64,000 nucleotides of DNA, taken from the NCBI GenBank assembly GCA_964016885.1, contig OZ024747.1, forward strand, positions 80,724,001-80,788,000, in the 5' to 3' direction. The notes under the pieces were generated by a model. It made no database searches. It worked only from the letters and a program-made list of their open reading frames with translations, and was not told where the DNA came from. The translations under genes were made by a program, and so were the position numbers. Below, piece after piece: positions 11,386-25,585 of the stretch (positions are counted from its first letter, which is position 1; each line of letters starts with the position of its first letter). The DNA comes from Eledone cirrhosa. Lineage: Eukaryota.

Positions 11386-14300
11386 GAATATAGACATAGA
11401 ATATTCGAAAATATTCTGTATGTTTATAATAAACATTTTGAAGACCTAATCGCTATAGAATAGAATACGTCACGTATTACAATTAGATTCTCGACAAAAG
11501 CAAGGGAAGTAATCTACGCGTTTCATTCTTGTTAGAAATCATCAGGACTACATATCCAGTGCTTTTATCGAGAATGACACAGCTAGAGACTTATAGAATA
11601 CTTAGCTGTGTACAGGAACTGGTTTGAAAGAGCGGTTGCCGGTCCGGCAGAAATTAGAAATTGGAATAAATGCTCTGAAATAGCGATATATATGTGAATA
11701 TAGACATAGAATATTCGAAAATATTCTGTATGTTTATAATAAACATTTTGAAGACCTAATCGCTATAGAATAGAATACGTCACGTATTACAATTAGATTC
11801 TCGACAAAAGCAAGGGAAGTAATCTACGCGTTTCATTCTTGTTAGAAATCATCAGGACTACATATCCAGTGCTTTTATCGAGAATGACACAGCTAGAGAC
11901 TTATAGAATACTTAGCTGTGTACAGGAACTGGTTTGAAAGAGCGGTTGCCGGTCCGGCAGAAATTAGAAATTGGAATAAATGCTCTGAAATAGCGATATA
12001 TATGTGAATATAGACATAGAATATTCGAAAATATTCTGTATGTTTATAATAAACATTTTGAAGACCTAATCGCTATAGAATAGAATACGTCACGTATTAC
12101 AATTAGATTCTCGACAAAAGCAAGGGAAGTAATCTACGCGTTTCATTCTTGTTAGAAATCATCAGGACTACATATCCAGTGCTTTTATCGAGAATGACAC
12201 AGCTAGAGACTTATAGAATACTTAGCTGTGTACAGGAACTGGTTTGAAAGAGCGGTTGCCGGTCCGGCAGAAATTAGAAATTGGAATAAATGCTCTGAAA
12301 TAGCGATATATATGTGAATATAGACATAGAATATTCGAAAATATTCTGTATGTTTATAATAAACATTTTGAAGACCTAATCGCTATAGAATAGAATACGT
12401 CACGTATTACAATTAGATTCTCGACAAAAGCAAGGGAAGTAATCTACGCGTTTCATTCTTGTTAGAAATCATCAGGACTACATATCCAGTGCTTTTATCG
12501 AGAATGACACAGCTAGAGACTTATAGAATACTTAGCTGTGTACAGGAACTGGTTTGAAAGAGCGGTTGCCGGTCCGGCAGAAATTAGAAATTGGAATAAA
12601 TGCTCTGAAATAGCGATATATATGTGAATATAGACATAGAATATTCGAAAATATTCTGTATGTTTATAATAAACATTTTGAAGACCTAATCGCTATAGAA
12701 TAGAATACGTCACGTATTACAATTAGATTCTCGACAAAAGCAAGGGAAGTAATCTACGCGTTTCATTCTTGTTAGAAATCATCAGGACTACATATCCAGT
12801 GCTTTTATCGAGAATGACACAGCTAGAGACTTATAGAATACTTAGCTGTGTACAGGAACTGGTTTGAAAGAGCGGTTGCCGGTCCGGCAGAAATTAGAAA
12901 TTGGAATAAATGCTCTGAAATAGCGATATATATGTGAATATAGACATAGAATATTCGAAAATATTCTGTATGTTTATAATAAACATTTTGAAGACCTAAT
13001 CGCTATAGAATAGAATACGTCACGTATTACAATTAGATTCTCGACAAAAGCAAGGGAAGTAATCTACGCGTTTCATTCTTGTTAGAAATCATCAGGACTA
13101 CATATCCAGTGCTTTTATCGAGAATGACACAGCTAGAGACTTATAGAATACTTAGCTGTGTACAGGAACTGGTTTGAAAGAGCGGTTGCCGGTCCGGCAG
13201 AAATTAGAAATTGGAATAAATGCTCTGAAATAGCGATATATATGTGAATATAGACATAGAATATTCGAAAATATTCTGTATGTTTATAATAAACATTTTG
13301 AAGACCTAATCGCTATAGAATAGAATACGTCACGTATTACAATTAGATTCTCGACAAAAGCAAGGGAAGTAATCTACGCGTTTCATTCTTGTTAGAAATC
13401 ATCAGGACTACATATCCAGTGCTTTTATCGAGAATGACACAGCTAGAGACTTATAGAATACTTAGCTGTGTACAGGAACTGGTTTGAAAGAGCGGTTGCC
13501 GGTCCGGCAGAAATTAGAAATTGGAATAAATGCTCTGAAATAGCGATATATATGTGAATATAGACATAGAATATTCGAAAATATTCTGTATGTTTATAAT
13601 AAACATTTTGAAGACCTAATCGCTATAGAATAGAATACGTCACGTATTACAATTAGATTCTCGACAAAAGCAAGGGAAGTAATCTACGCGTTTCATTCTT
13701 GTTAGAAATCATCAGGACTACATATCCAGTGCTTTTATCGAGAATGACACAGCTAGAGACTTATAGAATACTTAGCTGTGTACAGGAACTGGTTTGAAAG
13801 AGCGGTTGCCGGTCCGGCAGAAATTAGAAATTGGAATAAATGCTCTGAAATAGCGATATATATGTGAATATAGACATAGAATATTCGAAAATATTCTGTA
13901 TGTTTATAATAAACATTTTGAAGACCTAATCGCTATAGAATAGAATACGTCGCGTATTACAATTAGATTCTCGACAAAAGCAAGGGAAGTAATCTACGCG
14001 TTTCATTCTTGTTAGAAATCATCAGGACTACATATCCAGTGCTTTTATCGAGAATGACACAGCTAGAGACTTATAGAATACTTAGCTGTGTACAGGAACT
14101 GGTTTGAAAGAGCGGTTGCCGGTCCGGCAGAAATTAGAAATTGGAATAAATGCTCTGAAATAGCGATATATATGTGAATATAGACATAGAATATTCGAAA
14201 ATATTCTGTATGTTTATAATAAACATTTTGAAGACCTAATCGCTATAGAATAGAATACGTCACGTATTACAATTAGATTCTCGACAAAAGCAAGGGAAGT

Positions 14301-14480
14301 AATCTACGCGTTTCATTCTTGTTAGAAATCATCAGGACTACATATCCAGTGCTTTTATCGAGAATGACACAGCTAGAGACTTATAGAATACTTAGCTGTG
14401 TACAGGAACTGGTTTGAAAGAGCGGTTGCCGGTCCGGCAGAAATTAGAAATTGGAATAAATGCTCTGAAATAGCGATATA
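11386..14480 (-). mobile_element. Tandem array of ten 310 bp monomers, each with a type I hammerhead (retrozyme-like)
   Basis: Units start at 11386+310n (n=0-9). Only one substitution was seen (A>G at 13952). Both ends are flanked by (TA)n. Confidence 0.95.
11509..11551 (-). ncRNA. Type I hammerhead of the 310 bp monomer (repeated every 310 bp up to 14299-14341)
   Basis: GTAGTC-CTGATGA-TTTCT-AACA-AGAAT-GAAA-CGCG-TA-GATTAC. Helix I is extended by ATTCTCGATAAAAGCA/TGCTTTTGTCGAGAAT. Predicted cut between 11515 and 11514. Confidence 0.93.
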
Positions 14481-15138
14481 TATATATATATATATATATA
14501 TAGATATATATAGATAGATAGATAGATATATAACAAAGAAGGTGTGGTAAGATACCAGATGGACCATAACCCACCAGAGTACACGATACTTAGGATAGTA
14601 GAGTGGGTAATAGGAAAAGAGTCACGACCCCCACGGCTGAGCCCTGGCCGTTTCGACAGCTAGATCCGAAATATGAATATATATATATATAAATAAAACT
14701 TACATTCAAACATATTCTCACTATATAAGCCCACTCGAATGAATATATAAAACGTATAATTCATTTTCACTACAAACTTATATACATACACAATGACACG
14801 AAAATATTCTTTCTTGGCTTCAACAATACACATAGTCGTATATAGGTTTATAAACTGACACTTATATAAACACCTGGTCATGTGAAGATGTCAATAAGCA
14901 CACACGCCTATGAACAAAACCAAAACAAATACACAGAACATGCAATAAGCACATATACATCATCTGAAAAACCTGCATATATATCTTAGTACCAACGTAG
15001 AAACACGTAATGCATATTCAAATATTTCATCGCAAATACATACAAACATGCACAAATATCGGATTACGTTCAAACGCTCATAACCTCACGCACATTTTCC
15101 AAAATTAGTAAAATACACGCGCAGCTATAATATACGAT

Positions 15139-15139
<1 letters not shown>

Positions 15140-15229
<90 letters not shown>

Positions 15230-15333
15230 AAACATAGTGAGACGGAGTAGATATTTTAGCGCAAAAGTATAAATACAAAATCCATATATATATATATATA
15301 TAATATATATATATATATACATATATAGAGAAA

Positions 15334-15391
<58 letters not shown>

Positions 15392-15505
15392 ATATATATA
15401 TAGATATAAAATATAGATATATATACATACATATATACATACATATATACATATATACATACATACATATATACATACATATATATTTATATATATATAT
15501 ATATT

Positions 15506-15548
<43 letters not shown>

Positions 15549-15593
15549 ATATAGATATATAAACATACATACAGATATACATATATATAAATG

Positions 15594-15679
<86 letters not shown>

Positions 15680-15728
15680 TATATATATATATACACACAT
15701 ATATATGCATATATAGACATACACAAAT

Positions 15729-15797
<69 letters not shown>

Positions 15798-16331
15798 TAT
15801 ATGCAAATATGAAAGAAAATATATGCGTATTTTGAAGCACGCATTAATACACGCATGTGCACAAAGGACATCGATTAGGTTCAAGCAACATTCGATGAAG
15901 CATTTCCAATAACCGAATATAACATTCATTGGGTTTTACTGTGATAGGAATAGATGTAGATTGAAATATATGGTAAACATTTACATTTGGATTTCACTGA
16001 TTTCTATATCTGACTATATTTTATCACGTTACTATCGTTCGGGTACTTATTGTTGCTTCTTCTTTCTGGACTTTTTTTTCTTTTATTATATAGGAATTTT
16101 GAAATATTTGTGTGAAAATCATCCAATCAGATGGAACTATTGGGCAATGTATATTCCTATCGGTTTATCAATCATCTACGTGTGTGGCGTGTGTCTATGT
16201 ATGTTTATGACAAAGAATATATGTACTTGTGTGCGTCAATATATATGAATATGTGTGCGTATATATATATATATATATATATGTATATGTGTTTGTGTAT
16301 ATATATATATAAATATATATATATATATGTG

Positions 16332-16381
<50 letters not shown>

Positions 16382-16604
16382 GCAGTGCCATCGCTTATGC
16401 ATGATACTGATCTTGTAGAAATGTGTAATCGATCAAATAATGTGCAGTATATAACTGGTGATTATTTTATTTACTCAGGTCTGAGTGTAAATCTTCTTTC
16501 AGGGGTTTACCTAGAAAGATATGAAATGGTAATTTTCATTGAGTAAATTGCCTGTGATTATCTCCTCTTTTCTCTTCCACTCTATCGTTTGTATCAATTA
16601 ATAT

Positions 16605-16679
<75 letters not shown>

Positions 16680-16692
16680 ACACACACACGCA

Positions 16693-16762
<70 letters not shown>

Positions 16763-16790
16763 CACATATATATATATATATATATACTAT
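15140..16790. repeat. Compound (TA)n/(CA)n/(TATACA)n microsatellite cluster; similar tracts at 8430-9375, 20310-20460, 34650-34860, 39320-40740
   Basis: Directly visible simple repeats. Confidence 0.95.
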
Positions 16791-16850
16791 GGAATTTTAC
16801 ATGCGAAAACCGCTTGTTAATCTATAGATGATAAACGATGATAATTATTT

Positions 16851-17040
16851 TGGCAGTATTAGTAGAGAGTCGGACAACATGCTCTAAGGCATTGTTATGT
16901 CCCTTTACGTTCTGAGTTCAAATCCCGCCGAGGTTAGCTTTGCGGGGTCGATAAAATACAGTGCCAGTAATGGACCGGGTTTGATTTAATCGTCTTTCCC
17001 TTCCCTTAAAATTGTTGACCTTGAGTCTAAATCAGAAACC
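16851..17040 (+). mobile_element. tRNA-derived SINE (Deu/Nin-domain-like family)
   Basis: A-box TGGCAGTATTAG, B-box GAGTTCAAATCCC, GGGGTCGATAAAATA. Confidence 0.8.
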
Positions 17041-17151
17041 ATTTTAACAAACTGTATTATATTACATATATTCCTTGCGTTAATTTTCTTCATTAGTTCC
17101 CCCACCCCTCTCTCTGTCTCTCTCTCTGTCTCTCTCTCTCTCTCTCTTTCC

Positions 17152-17198
<47 letters not shown>

Positions 17199-17880
17199 TG
17201 TGTGTGTGTGTTCAAAATTCTGAAGGTGAGTGAGTCACTTTTTTGTCAATCTTGCCTTCAGAAATGCAGCGAGACTAGTGGAGTATTATAAGTACAAACA
17301 CTATAGTTTACATGTTGACATATGAAATATTAAGGAAAGCAAATAGAGAGAATTGTATTGAGATTATTAGCATTCAGAGGAATCAAACAGAAATTTAATC
17401 AACTAAATTAACAGTACTCAACATTGATACTGTAAAGGAACACTCCCTTAATACACCCCATCTTCGTGGTTAATCGCCGAAGACCGAAACAAAATTAGTG
17501 ACTTTTCAATCAAGCTAACAGGCTCCTAATCTGCTTTTGGCTATTTATTCCTTATCATAATTAGCGTAACAGCAGGGCATAACGTCTTTCTGTGTGTCGA
17601 ACCCCCGATAGGCAAGGTCATTAACACAGGTTAATACGTTCAAACAAACCTTATTAAATCTCTATTTTGTAAACAAAAAAATAAAACCAAATTAGTTATT
17701 TGTGATTTTTTTTTTGTAAAAGATAAACATGTTTTATGAAATATTTAATATTATTTTTATTTCTGTATAAAGAAAGTCAATCCATGTTTTAATTAATTAA
17801 TTACCTAAGTAATTAATTGAGTAATTAAGCGATATTTTATTCCCCCCGAGATTTTGTTCATTTCTTCATTATTTCATACA

Positions 17881-18066
17881 GTGGATTGGCAGTATCAGTA
17901 GAGAGTCGGACGCCATGCTTTCCAGCATAGTTACGTCCCTTTACGGTCTGAGTTCAAATGCCGTCGAGGTCAACTTTGCCTTTCATCCTTACGGGGTCGA
18001 TAAAATAAAGTACCAGTAATATACTGGCTTAATTGCTGGCCTTGTGCCAAAAGTAGAAACAATTAT
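17881..18066 (+). mobile_element. tRNA-derived SINE (Deu/Nin-domain-like family)
   Basis: A/B boxes followed by GCCTTTCATCCTTACGGGGTCGATAAAATAAAGTACCAG; ATT tail. Confidence 0.88.
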
Positions 18067-19024
18067 TTCATTTTCCTTAAATTTATTTATATTTTGAAGT
18101 GTTTTTAACTCCCTCACTTTTGTAATACTGGTAATACTGGAATAGTGTTGTATTGTGTCCTCTTCTTTATGCCGTTGTTATTCTAGTAGTAGTAGTAGTA
18201 GTGATTCCGGTTGTTTTCGTATGAACATGGGTGTAGTAGCTTAGCGCTAAAGTTTATCCTCGATAGAGCAGATCTGCGATCAAAGTCTTTCCAACCGTGT
18301 CCATTAGGTTAATAATTTACATGCAAGACCACATTTTCTAATACGTTTTCCTTTTAAGGCGTCCTGGTGTAATATGAAGAATATTTGATTATTTTAAGTT
18401 TACCCATGCAACTAAGTAGAGGTTTACTAATAAACTGATCAGATTTGGATTCTGCTCACCAGGGCTGGTTTTGAGATTGCTGCTGTTATTAGTATTGTCA
18501 ATGCTATTTCAAGTCAACTACCTTTCACATGCTGTTGGCATTAAGGGAAGCATAAATATCACATACCTAAAATCGAATGATATTCTTTCTCCTCCTTAAA
18601 ATAAGACGATATTGATGAAGATGTGTATAATCTTATCGATGCTTAATCTATATGTACATTTGTGCGACTTCAGTCCATCACACAGTGTGTGTGTGTATAT
18701 GTGTGTAAAAGGAAGGAAGGGCTGGTGAAAAAACTATAGCAAAACAGTGACTGGCGTTACATTTGCTACGCACTGAGTCAATGTATGTGTGTGTTTGTGT
18801 GAATGCATGTCAGTGAGTGTGTATTTGTGTAAGTGTTTCTGTGTTTGCGCGTTTATTATCTATATACTCATACATATACATGTATACATATGCACATACA
18901 CACACGCACACACTTATACACATACACGTCGGCTTATTGAAAAAATCCTAGTATAATAAATTGCTTATATAAGATAAAAATACAGATGTTTCATTATTTC
19001 TCCACAGATTAAATAATGTTTTCT

Positions 19025-19210
19025 TATATAGGCACAAGGCCAGCAATTTGGGGTGAGATTAAATCGACCCCAGTGCGTGACTGGTACTTTATTTTATCGA
19101 CCCCGTAAGGATGAAAGGCAAAGATAACCTCGGCGGGATTTGAACTCAGAATGGAAAGGGCCGTAACTCTTTGCGTCAAAGCATGGCGTCCGACCCTCTG
19201 CCGATACTGC
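19025..19210 (-). mobile_element. tRNA-derived SINE, same family
   Basis: Reverse complement of the 17881 family consensus. Confidence 0.88.
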
Positions 19211-19364
19211 GAAATAATGCTAAAGAATTTGAGTAATACTTGAAAAATAAGGGTTTCTAATTTGGGCACCCAAGCCAGCAATATCGAATAATTTCTAATT
19301 CAATTTCTACTGAAAGTAATTTTAAACTTCCACCCAACTGGAGAATACAAAATAAATATCAATA

Positions 19365-19877
19365 CTAGCAGAAAAATCAGCATGTGTAGTGTGCATGTGT
19401 AGTGTGCATATTAATATTATACACAAATATACATGCATTTAGATATGATACGTCAAATAAAATCATAATTGAGAATATGCACAGAAATTGAAGAGAGACT
19501 GTGTTACACTCTCTTCTGTAATAAGCAAAGTAATCCATGATACATTTGAAAAAGGCGATATATATATTAAAAAAAACTACATTAGGATAAAATTAGCGAC
19601 GGAAATATATGAACATTTATATAAAGCGATGTAATAAGTGTTATATATAATATAACGGGCGCTAACCGGAAGTGTTGACATTTTAACATTTTAAAGAAGT
19701 GAATTTTGAAATAAGCAATAAAATTATTTATATTTAATGAAGAGTTACGAAATTTAGTAGATAAATTATGTAATATTCATTCATTATTTATTCAAAGTAA
19801 TCCAACTTATTTTACAAACGGTATAAATAAATATATTCTGAACACAGTCCCGCAATCCTCCCTTTATTATATTATGA
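19365..19877 (-). mobile_element. Non-autonomous Helitron
   Basis: 5' TCATAATATAATAAAG, 3' TTTTTCTGCTAG|T; colinear with 47188-47657; the 3' hairpin is deleted in this copy. Confidence 0.7.
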
Positions 19878-19985
19878 ATCCCGCCGAAGTTAACTTTGCC
19901 TTTCATCCTTACGGGGTCGATAAAATAAAGTACATGTAATGTACTGGGTAATTGCTGGCCTTGTGCCAAAAATAGAAACAATTAT
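19878..19985 (+). mobile_element. 5'-truncated SINE, same family
   Basis: GCCTTTCATCCTTACGGGGTCGATAAAATAAAGTAC. Confidence 0.85.
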
Positions 19986-20414
19986 ATTAGGAATCTTTAA
20001 TTAATTTAATCGACTATCTTACCCAGTTGTGGAATTGGTTAACAAATTTACTTTCTATTTTTATGATCTTAGTCAACGTCGTCGTCATCATCATCACCAT
20101 CAACTTCGTCTTCATCATCATCGTCATCAGTGGTACTAGCGGCAGCAACAACATAGTCGTATTCAACATAACATTTATTATTTACCAGCATCATAACATA
20201 TGTACACTTGTTGAATTTCATAACAGACCAATATAACTTCGACAGCAAAATCATGTATTTGCATACGCAAGACATACATACATTTATATACACATGCACA
20301 CCCATATCGATATATATATATATATATATATATACATATGAGTGTGTGTGTGTGTATTTGTGTGTGTATATACACACACACATATATATATAAATGCATA
20401 TATGTATATATACA

Positions 20415-20463
<49 letters not shown>

Positions 20464-21014
20464 TAGCACACACAAAAGACATGTTTGTTAACTTGGTATA
20501 GATTCAAAATAACTCCATCGGTTTCATTCTATAGAGGTCACGAGCAGTTTGGTTGAGCGAAGCTTTTACTTTGTGCTATAGGAGATCCCCAAGCTAAATG
20601 AGAAATAAAACAACACTAATTGAAAATAAAATGAAAGCTTAATACAATCCTTTGTTAAGGAATATCACGAATTATAGCATGGAAAATTAACAACAGCAAA
20701 GAAATTGAACTATAAACTGCTACAGTTTTTCACAAGGCGCTTTAACAAACCTAACACAGCCAAGCAAATCGAGACGACTGCGAAACTTCGTTTATTTCAT
20801 AAATATAATGGAAAGTCGTTGGTACGATAAAACTGCCGCTAGGCCTGTATTACTATATAGTTCATGTGCTATACCTCACATAAACATCCATTGCTTCTTC
20901 TCCACATCTTATATTTTTTCTTTTCCTTCTTATTCTTTTTCGTCTTTTTTTTTTCTTTTTCTTCTTAATGATGACGAAAGCGATTGGTGTTCGTTATTCG
21001 CATAAATTAAGAAA

Positions 21015-21203
21015 TATAATTGTTTTTACAAGGCCAGCAATTATCCCAGTGTAGTATTACTGGTACTTTATTTTATCGACCTCGTAAGGATGAAAGGCAA
21101 AGTTAACCTCTGCGGGATTTGAACTCAGACCGCAAAGGGCCGTAACTCTATGTTGCAAAGCATGGTGTCTGATTCTCTACTGATACTGCCAATCCATCGC
21201 CCT
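21015..21203 (-). mobile_element. tRNA-derived SINE, same family
   Basis: Matches the family consensus over its full length. Confidence 0.88.
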
Positions 21204-22569
21204 TAAAGTAAGAAATATAATGAGGAGAGATTGATATAACAAACCAAAGTTTGAGGATAAATATTAATTGCAAAAGTGAAAAGAAATTCTCCATTATCTT
21301 AATATCAGCAATTGAAAAAAAACTATAGATATTTCTACTACCGGTAAAATATGACTTTCATCTCATGTTTTTACAAAACAGCTGATAGAGTTTTCATTAT
21401 GCTCCTAGTGATCAGAATTGAGAATATATTATACTGTAGGATAGCGAAGTAGATACATTACAAGATCCACCCGAAACTATCGGGCTTATTCTTGCGAAGT
21501 ATCACCTTTGCCACTTTAGTTGTTTCTCTTTATGTATATTGGCAGGCATTTAATAACTGTTAAAATCGTACACATTGTGTTCAGTTCTAAGAATTTACTT
21601 TTTTATCATAACGTTTAAATTTCACCGATGAAATGGCCACAATAACGAGGTTAAACTTTTAGTGTCGGAATACAAATGATGAAATGTTGATGACTGTAAA
21701 GTCTTTGTTTAAAGGTCTGTTCGATCATGGCCAAGAGGCCAAACAAAACAATACATGATAACCACCATAAGTACACCGCAATGAGTGATGTTTTTTAGAA
21801 TACAATGGCATTGGTTCAAATGAAACTTATTATTTCACCAATCAATTTACGTAACAAATTTTGGGAAGAAGTTTCTATGAATATTTCCCAATATTTCCTG
21901 GCAGGTAAATTACCTTTCACATTAGTGCATATTAGGTGAGAAGATTTACAAGCCAAATTATTGCGCATTTTTTAATATAATACTGTTTCTGAACTCTACT
22001 GATAATAAATACCTAGATATAAATTCCACTATTTGTTATCTCTGCTTAAACTACTGGAATTTCTAAATTATATTCCGATTATCGTGACTGTTAACATGCT
22101 AACATGTTATCTTACTCTTAGACGAATGAGAAATTTTCCTAACTGAAATACACAAATATATGTCTCTTATACGACACATTGCTACAAATATTGATGTTGT
22201 TCCCGAATCAGCCCACTTCAAGGAGACCTATGATCAAAGACGTTCCAACTGTGAACATCTCGTCATTTTTATTACCTACCAAAAAATGATTATAGGGTGC
22301 CATTTCAGACACATTTAGCTGCTATTTATAAACGATCGAGCAGCCATGTAGAGTATCTTTAGTTGCCTTTATCACCAATATTAGAGGAAATAAATAACCG
22401 ATTAAATCAAACAATTTATAACTACTATTCATTTTCTATTCGTCACATTAAAAGGTAAACTCGGTTTGGTACATATGAACTTGAAACTATCGACATCATT
22501 TCATATAAAACCTCATATTTAATGTACACCATCACAACGGTGCAATATTCTCTAATAGTTATAAAATGT

Positions 22570-22803
22570 GTCTCGAACTCGAAGGCTCGTCAGGCCGGTG
22601 CCTATCCCAGTTTGCGTGGTGTGAAGTGATTGAGAGTACAAGCCACCTCCCTGGACAGGACGCCAGTCAATCGGAGGGTTAAAGCTATTGCTGGTACTCA
22701 TTTTCATCTGATTATACATTTGTTTGCTCAAAAACGCAGTCCAGGAATCGAACACTCGACATTATGATCGGAAGTCCAAAACCCCTAGAAGTTCAACACG
22801 CCT
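22570..22803 (-). mobile_element. Second tRNA-derived SINE family (Meta/V-domain-like)
   Basis: B-box GTGTTCGATTCC, TTGAGCAA, AAATGAGTACCAGC; related to 51214. Confidence 0.6.
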
Positions 22804-22867
22804 CCACCGTCAATAATTGGTGATCCAAAATATATTTTTAGCAACAAACAGGTGAAAGAGAGAGAGG

Positions 22868-22961
<94 letters not shown>

Positions 22962-25149
22962 ATTATATGCTTTTGTGGTTGTTGTTTAGAACCAGATAAG
23001 CTCTAATTGAGCTGGCCTATGATGAGGGATAATCAAGCTGCGAGAGTATGTAAGACTATATTATCCATTGTCTTCGTCCTTCATGTAAAGCAACATGTGA
23101 CTATGTAGACATTCTCTTGGCTGGTTATATGTTTCTGTACGTTCGGTGAAGGTACTTTCATATGGGTGACACTTGTTAAGAATTGATTATAGTATAATCC
23201 TCGCCCGTACGATAAACTTATTGGTGTGGTGAGATTGTACGTGAGAGTTAGACTTGTGCCTCTTAGTGTACTTTGATTGTTTCTACATTTACTGTTGATT
23301 TTTATGTATTAAAAATGTTTACATTTACATTGTAGATCTACCGAGCTATTACAATTATTCATTAGATATCACCTAATGACATACTAAATTGATAATACTG
23401 CTAGAGGCTCTGAAACGAAAATATTTGAAATATTTGAAACAAATCTATATTTTACTTATAGGGTTGTTTGCGATGTTGAAATACTAAACTATCAGAGGGA
23501 CGAACGATACAATATGAAATCCCTAGTACTAAACTTTACATTAAAAGCTGGTACAAAATTTACTACTGTATATAGTGATGTGTCGAAGATGGATATATAT
23601 AATTTCCGCAGGTAAGTATTTGGCACTCCCAGAAATTGGAATCCATTTTTTCGAAACTTTTAATCGTTTTTTAAATATTAGATTTTTGTGCGATTCTCAG
23701 CTTTTGATTTGAATGTCTTTTGGGAAAAACGGGAATAAATCCATCAAATATATACATATAGAGATAGGTTAGAAATATCACTGAAGCTGACCTTTCCTGA
23801 ATATTCATATCGTGTAGATGTAGAATGGATGAGTGGATTATAAATGTTGAATATGTATGTAAACAGTAGTTATAAATATGGACTGTATAAATAGGAACAG
23901 CAACTAATTAGACATGTTCAGTAGAAACCGACGACTTATATGTAATGAAACGTATACGTGGTAAACATAAAAATGGACTGCAAATATTTTAACTAAAATT
24001 GTAGCAACTTCAACTTTATACTGGTTGTCGATTAAGACCAGTTATGTGGATGTGAACCAAATATAAAGATTTTTTTATTTAGTATTGTTACTCTTTGATT
24101 CGACTTGTTTACCGATTAGTCGTACTTTAAATAAGTAGAGAAACAAAATCTTCATTCTCACATATCCGTCTGGATGTGATACACAAAGGCTTTTCATGAA
24201 CAACGTTACATTCTTCGTTAATAGGGAAATACATTGTGAATATATTGAATCGTGTATGTTGTTACGTTGTTGTATTCTATTTTAATTCTGTTTTAACACT
24301 CTCGTGGCTTCTAACTTCTAAACTATATTCTGTCTAGTACTTTCACATTGGCAATAACAAAGGGTATGCTCGTGGAGTTCTTACACATCAATGCAGTTTT
24401 GAATTGTAGTTGAAGAGATCTCACTTCATTGTCACTACAAATGTGATCGAAAATGTAATAGCGTGGACGCCGAATTCTACTATTTCTACACTTCCAAACA
24501 AAGATGTTAGGCTTAATTTAAAAGAAAATAATAACGTGCTGATTTGAACTAAATTCAAAACGTCAATTACTTGCATTACTGAACATCTTTTACCAAATTT
24601 GCGCAATTAATAAGTCCAAAAACCAACGGTATAGAATTTTTATTTGAAACTACTGATTTCTAGTTGAAATGTTTGAATTGTTTGTACTAATATTTGTTCT
24701 AGTGGACTATTTACTTTTAATATATGTTCATAATATTTACAAAGTTAGAGAAGTAAAATCTTCATTCTCACATTTCTTTCTGTGACATACAAACCTCTTT
24801 CTCGGGCAACATTATATGAAACTCTATTTAGATATGTAGACAAGGAATAAGTCGTATATATGTCTTTATCCTCCGAAATAGATTTTCAGTGAAAATTACA
24901 AATATAAGCGAGCATTATTATAATTTCTTTTATTTGTCACATGAGAAGATGGAAAGGTTTTGGTTGGTGGAAGAGGATATCTAAGATTGCAGACGATCAA
25001 ACGCTCAAAGCTGAATGATATACGCAATTGAATCGATCTCACTTAGGGCATGATTGATACTGAATTTATCGACAGCGAAAAGATGAAAGGTTAAAATTGA
25101 TCTCTCTATGATTAGAATTGAAAGCATATATGATTTCAATACATTCAAT

Positions 25150-25521
25150 AATAATTGTTTCTACTTTTGGCACAAGACCATCAATTATCCCAGTGTATTA
25201 CTGGTACTTTAGTTTATCGACCCTGTAAGGATGAAAGGCAAAGTTAACCACGGCGGGATTTGAACTCATACCATAAAGGGCCGTAACTATATGCCGCAAA
25301 GCATGTCGTCCGACAGTCTACCGATATTGCCAATCCATTGCCTTGGGTTTCTCATTCATGAACAAGGCCAGCAATTTTTGGGGACGGAAATTCGATTAAA
25401 TCAACCCAAGTGCGTTACTGGTACTTTAATTCATCGATCAGGTGAGGATGAAAGGCAAAGCTAACATCAGCGGGATTTAAACTCAGAACGTAAAGGGACG
25501 CAACTATACGCCGCAAAGCAT
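25150..25521 (-). mobile_element. Two adjacent SINE copies (25150-25343, 25346-25521)
   Basis: Each matches the 17881 family. Confidence 0.85.
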
Positions 25522-25585
25522 AATAATGATTTCTTTATTGGCCACAAGGGCTGACATCAAGAAAAACATTACAGACGGCACAGGA

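Noticed and set aside
23576-24511. Possible micro-exons (MCRRWIYIISA|GTAAGT and a Cys-rich piece at 24409)
   Set aside because: Splice-like signals exist, but there is no coherent or recognisable product; needs RNA-seq.
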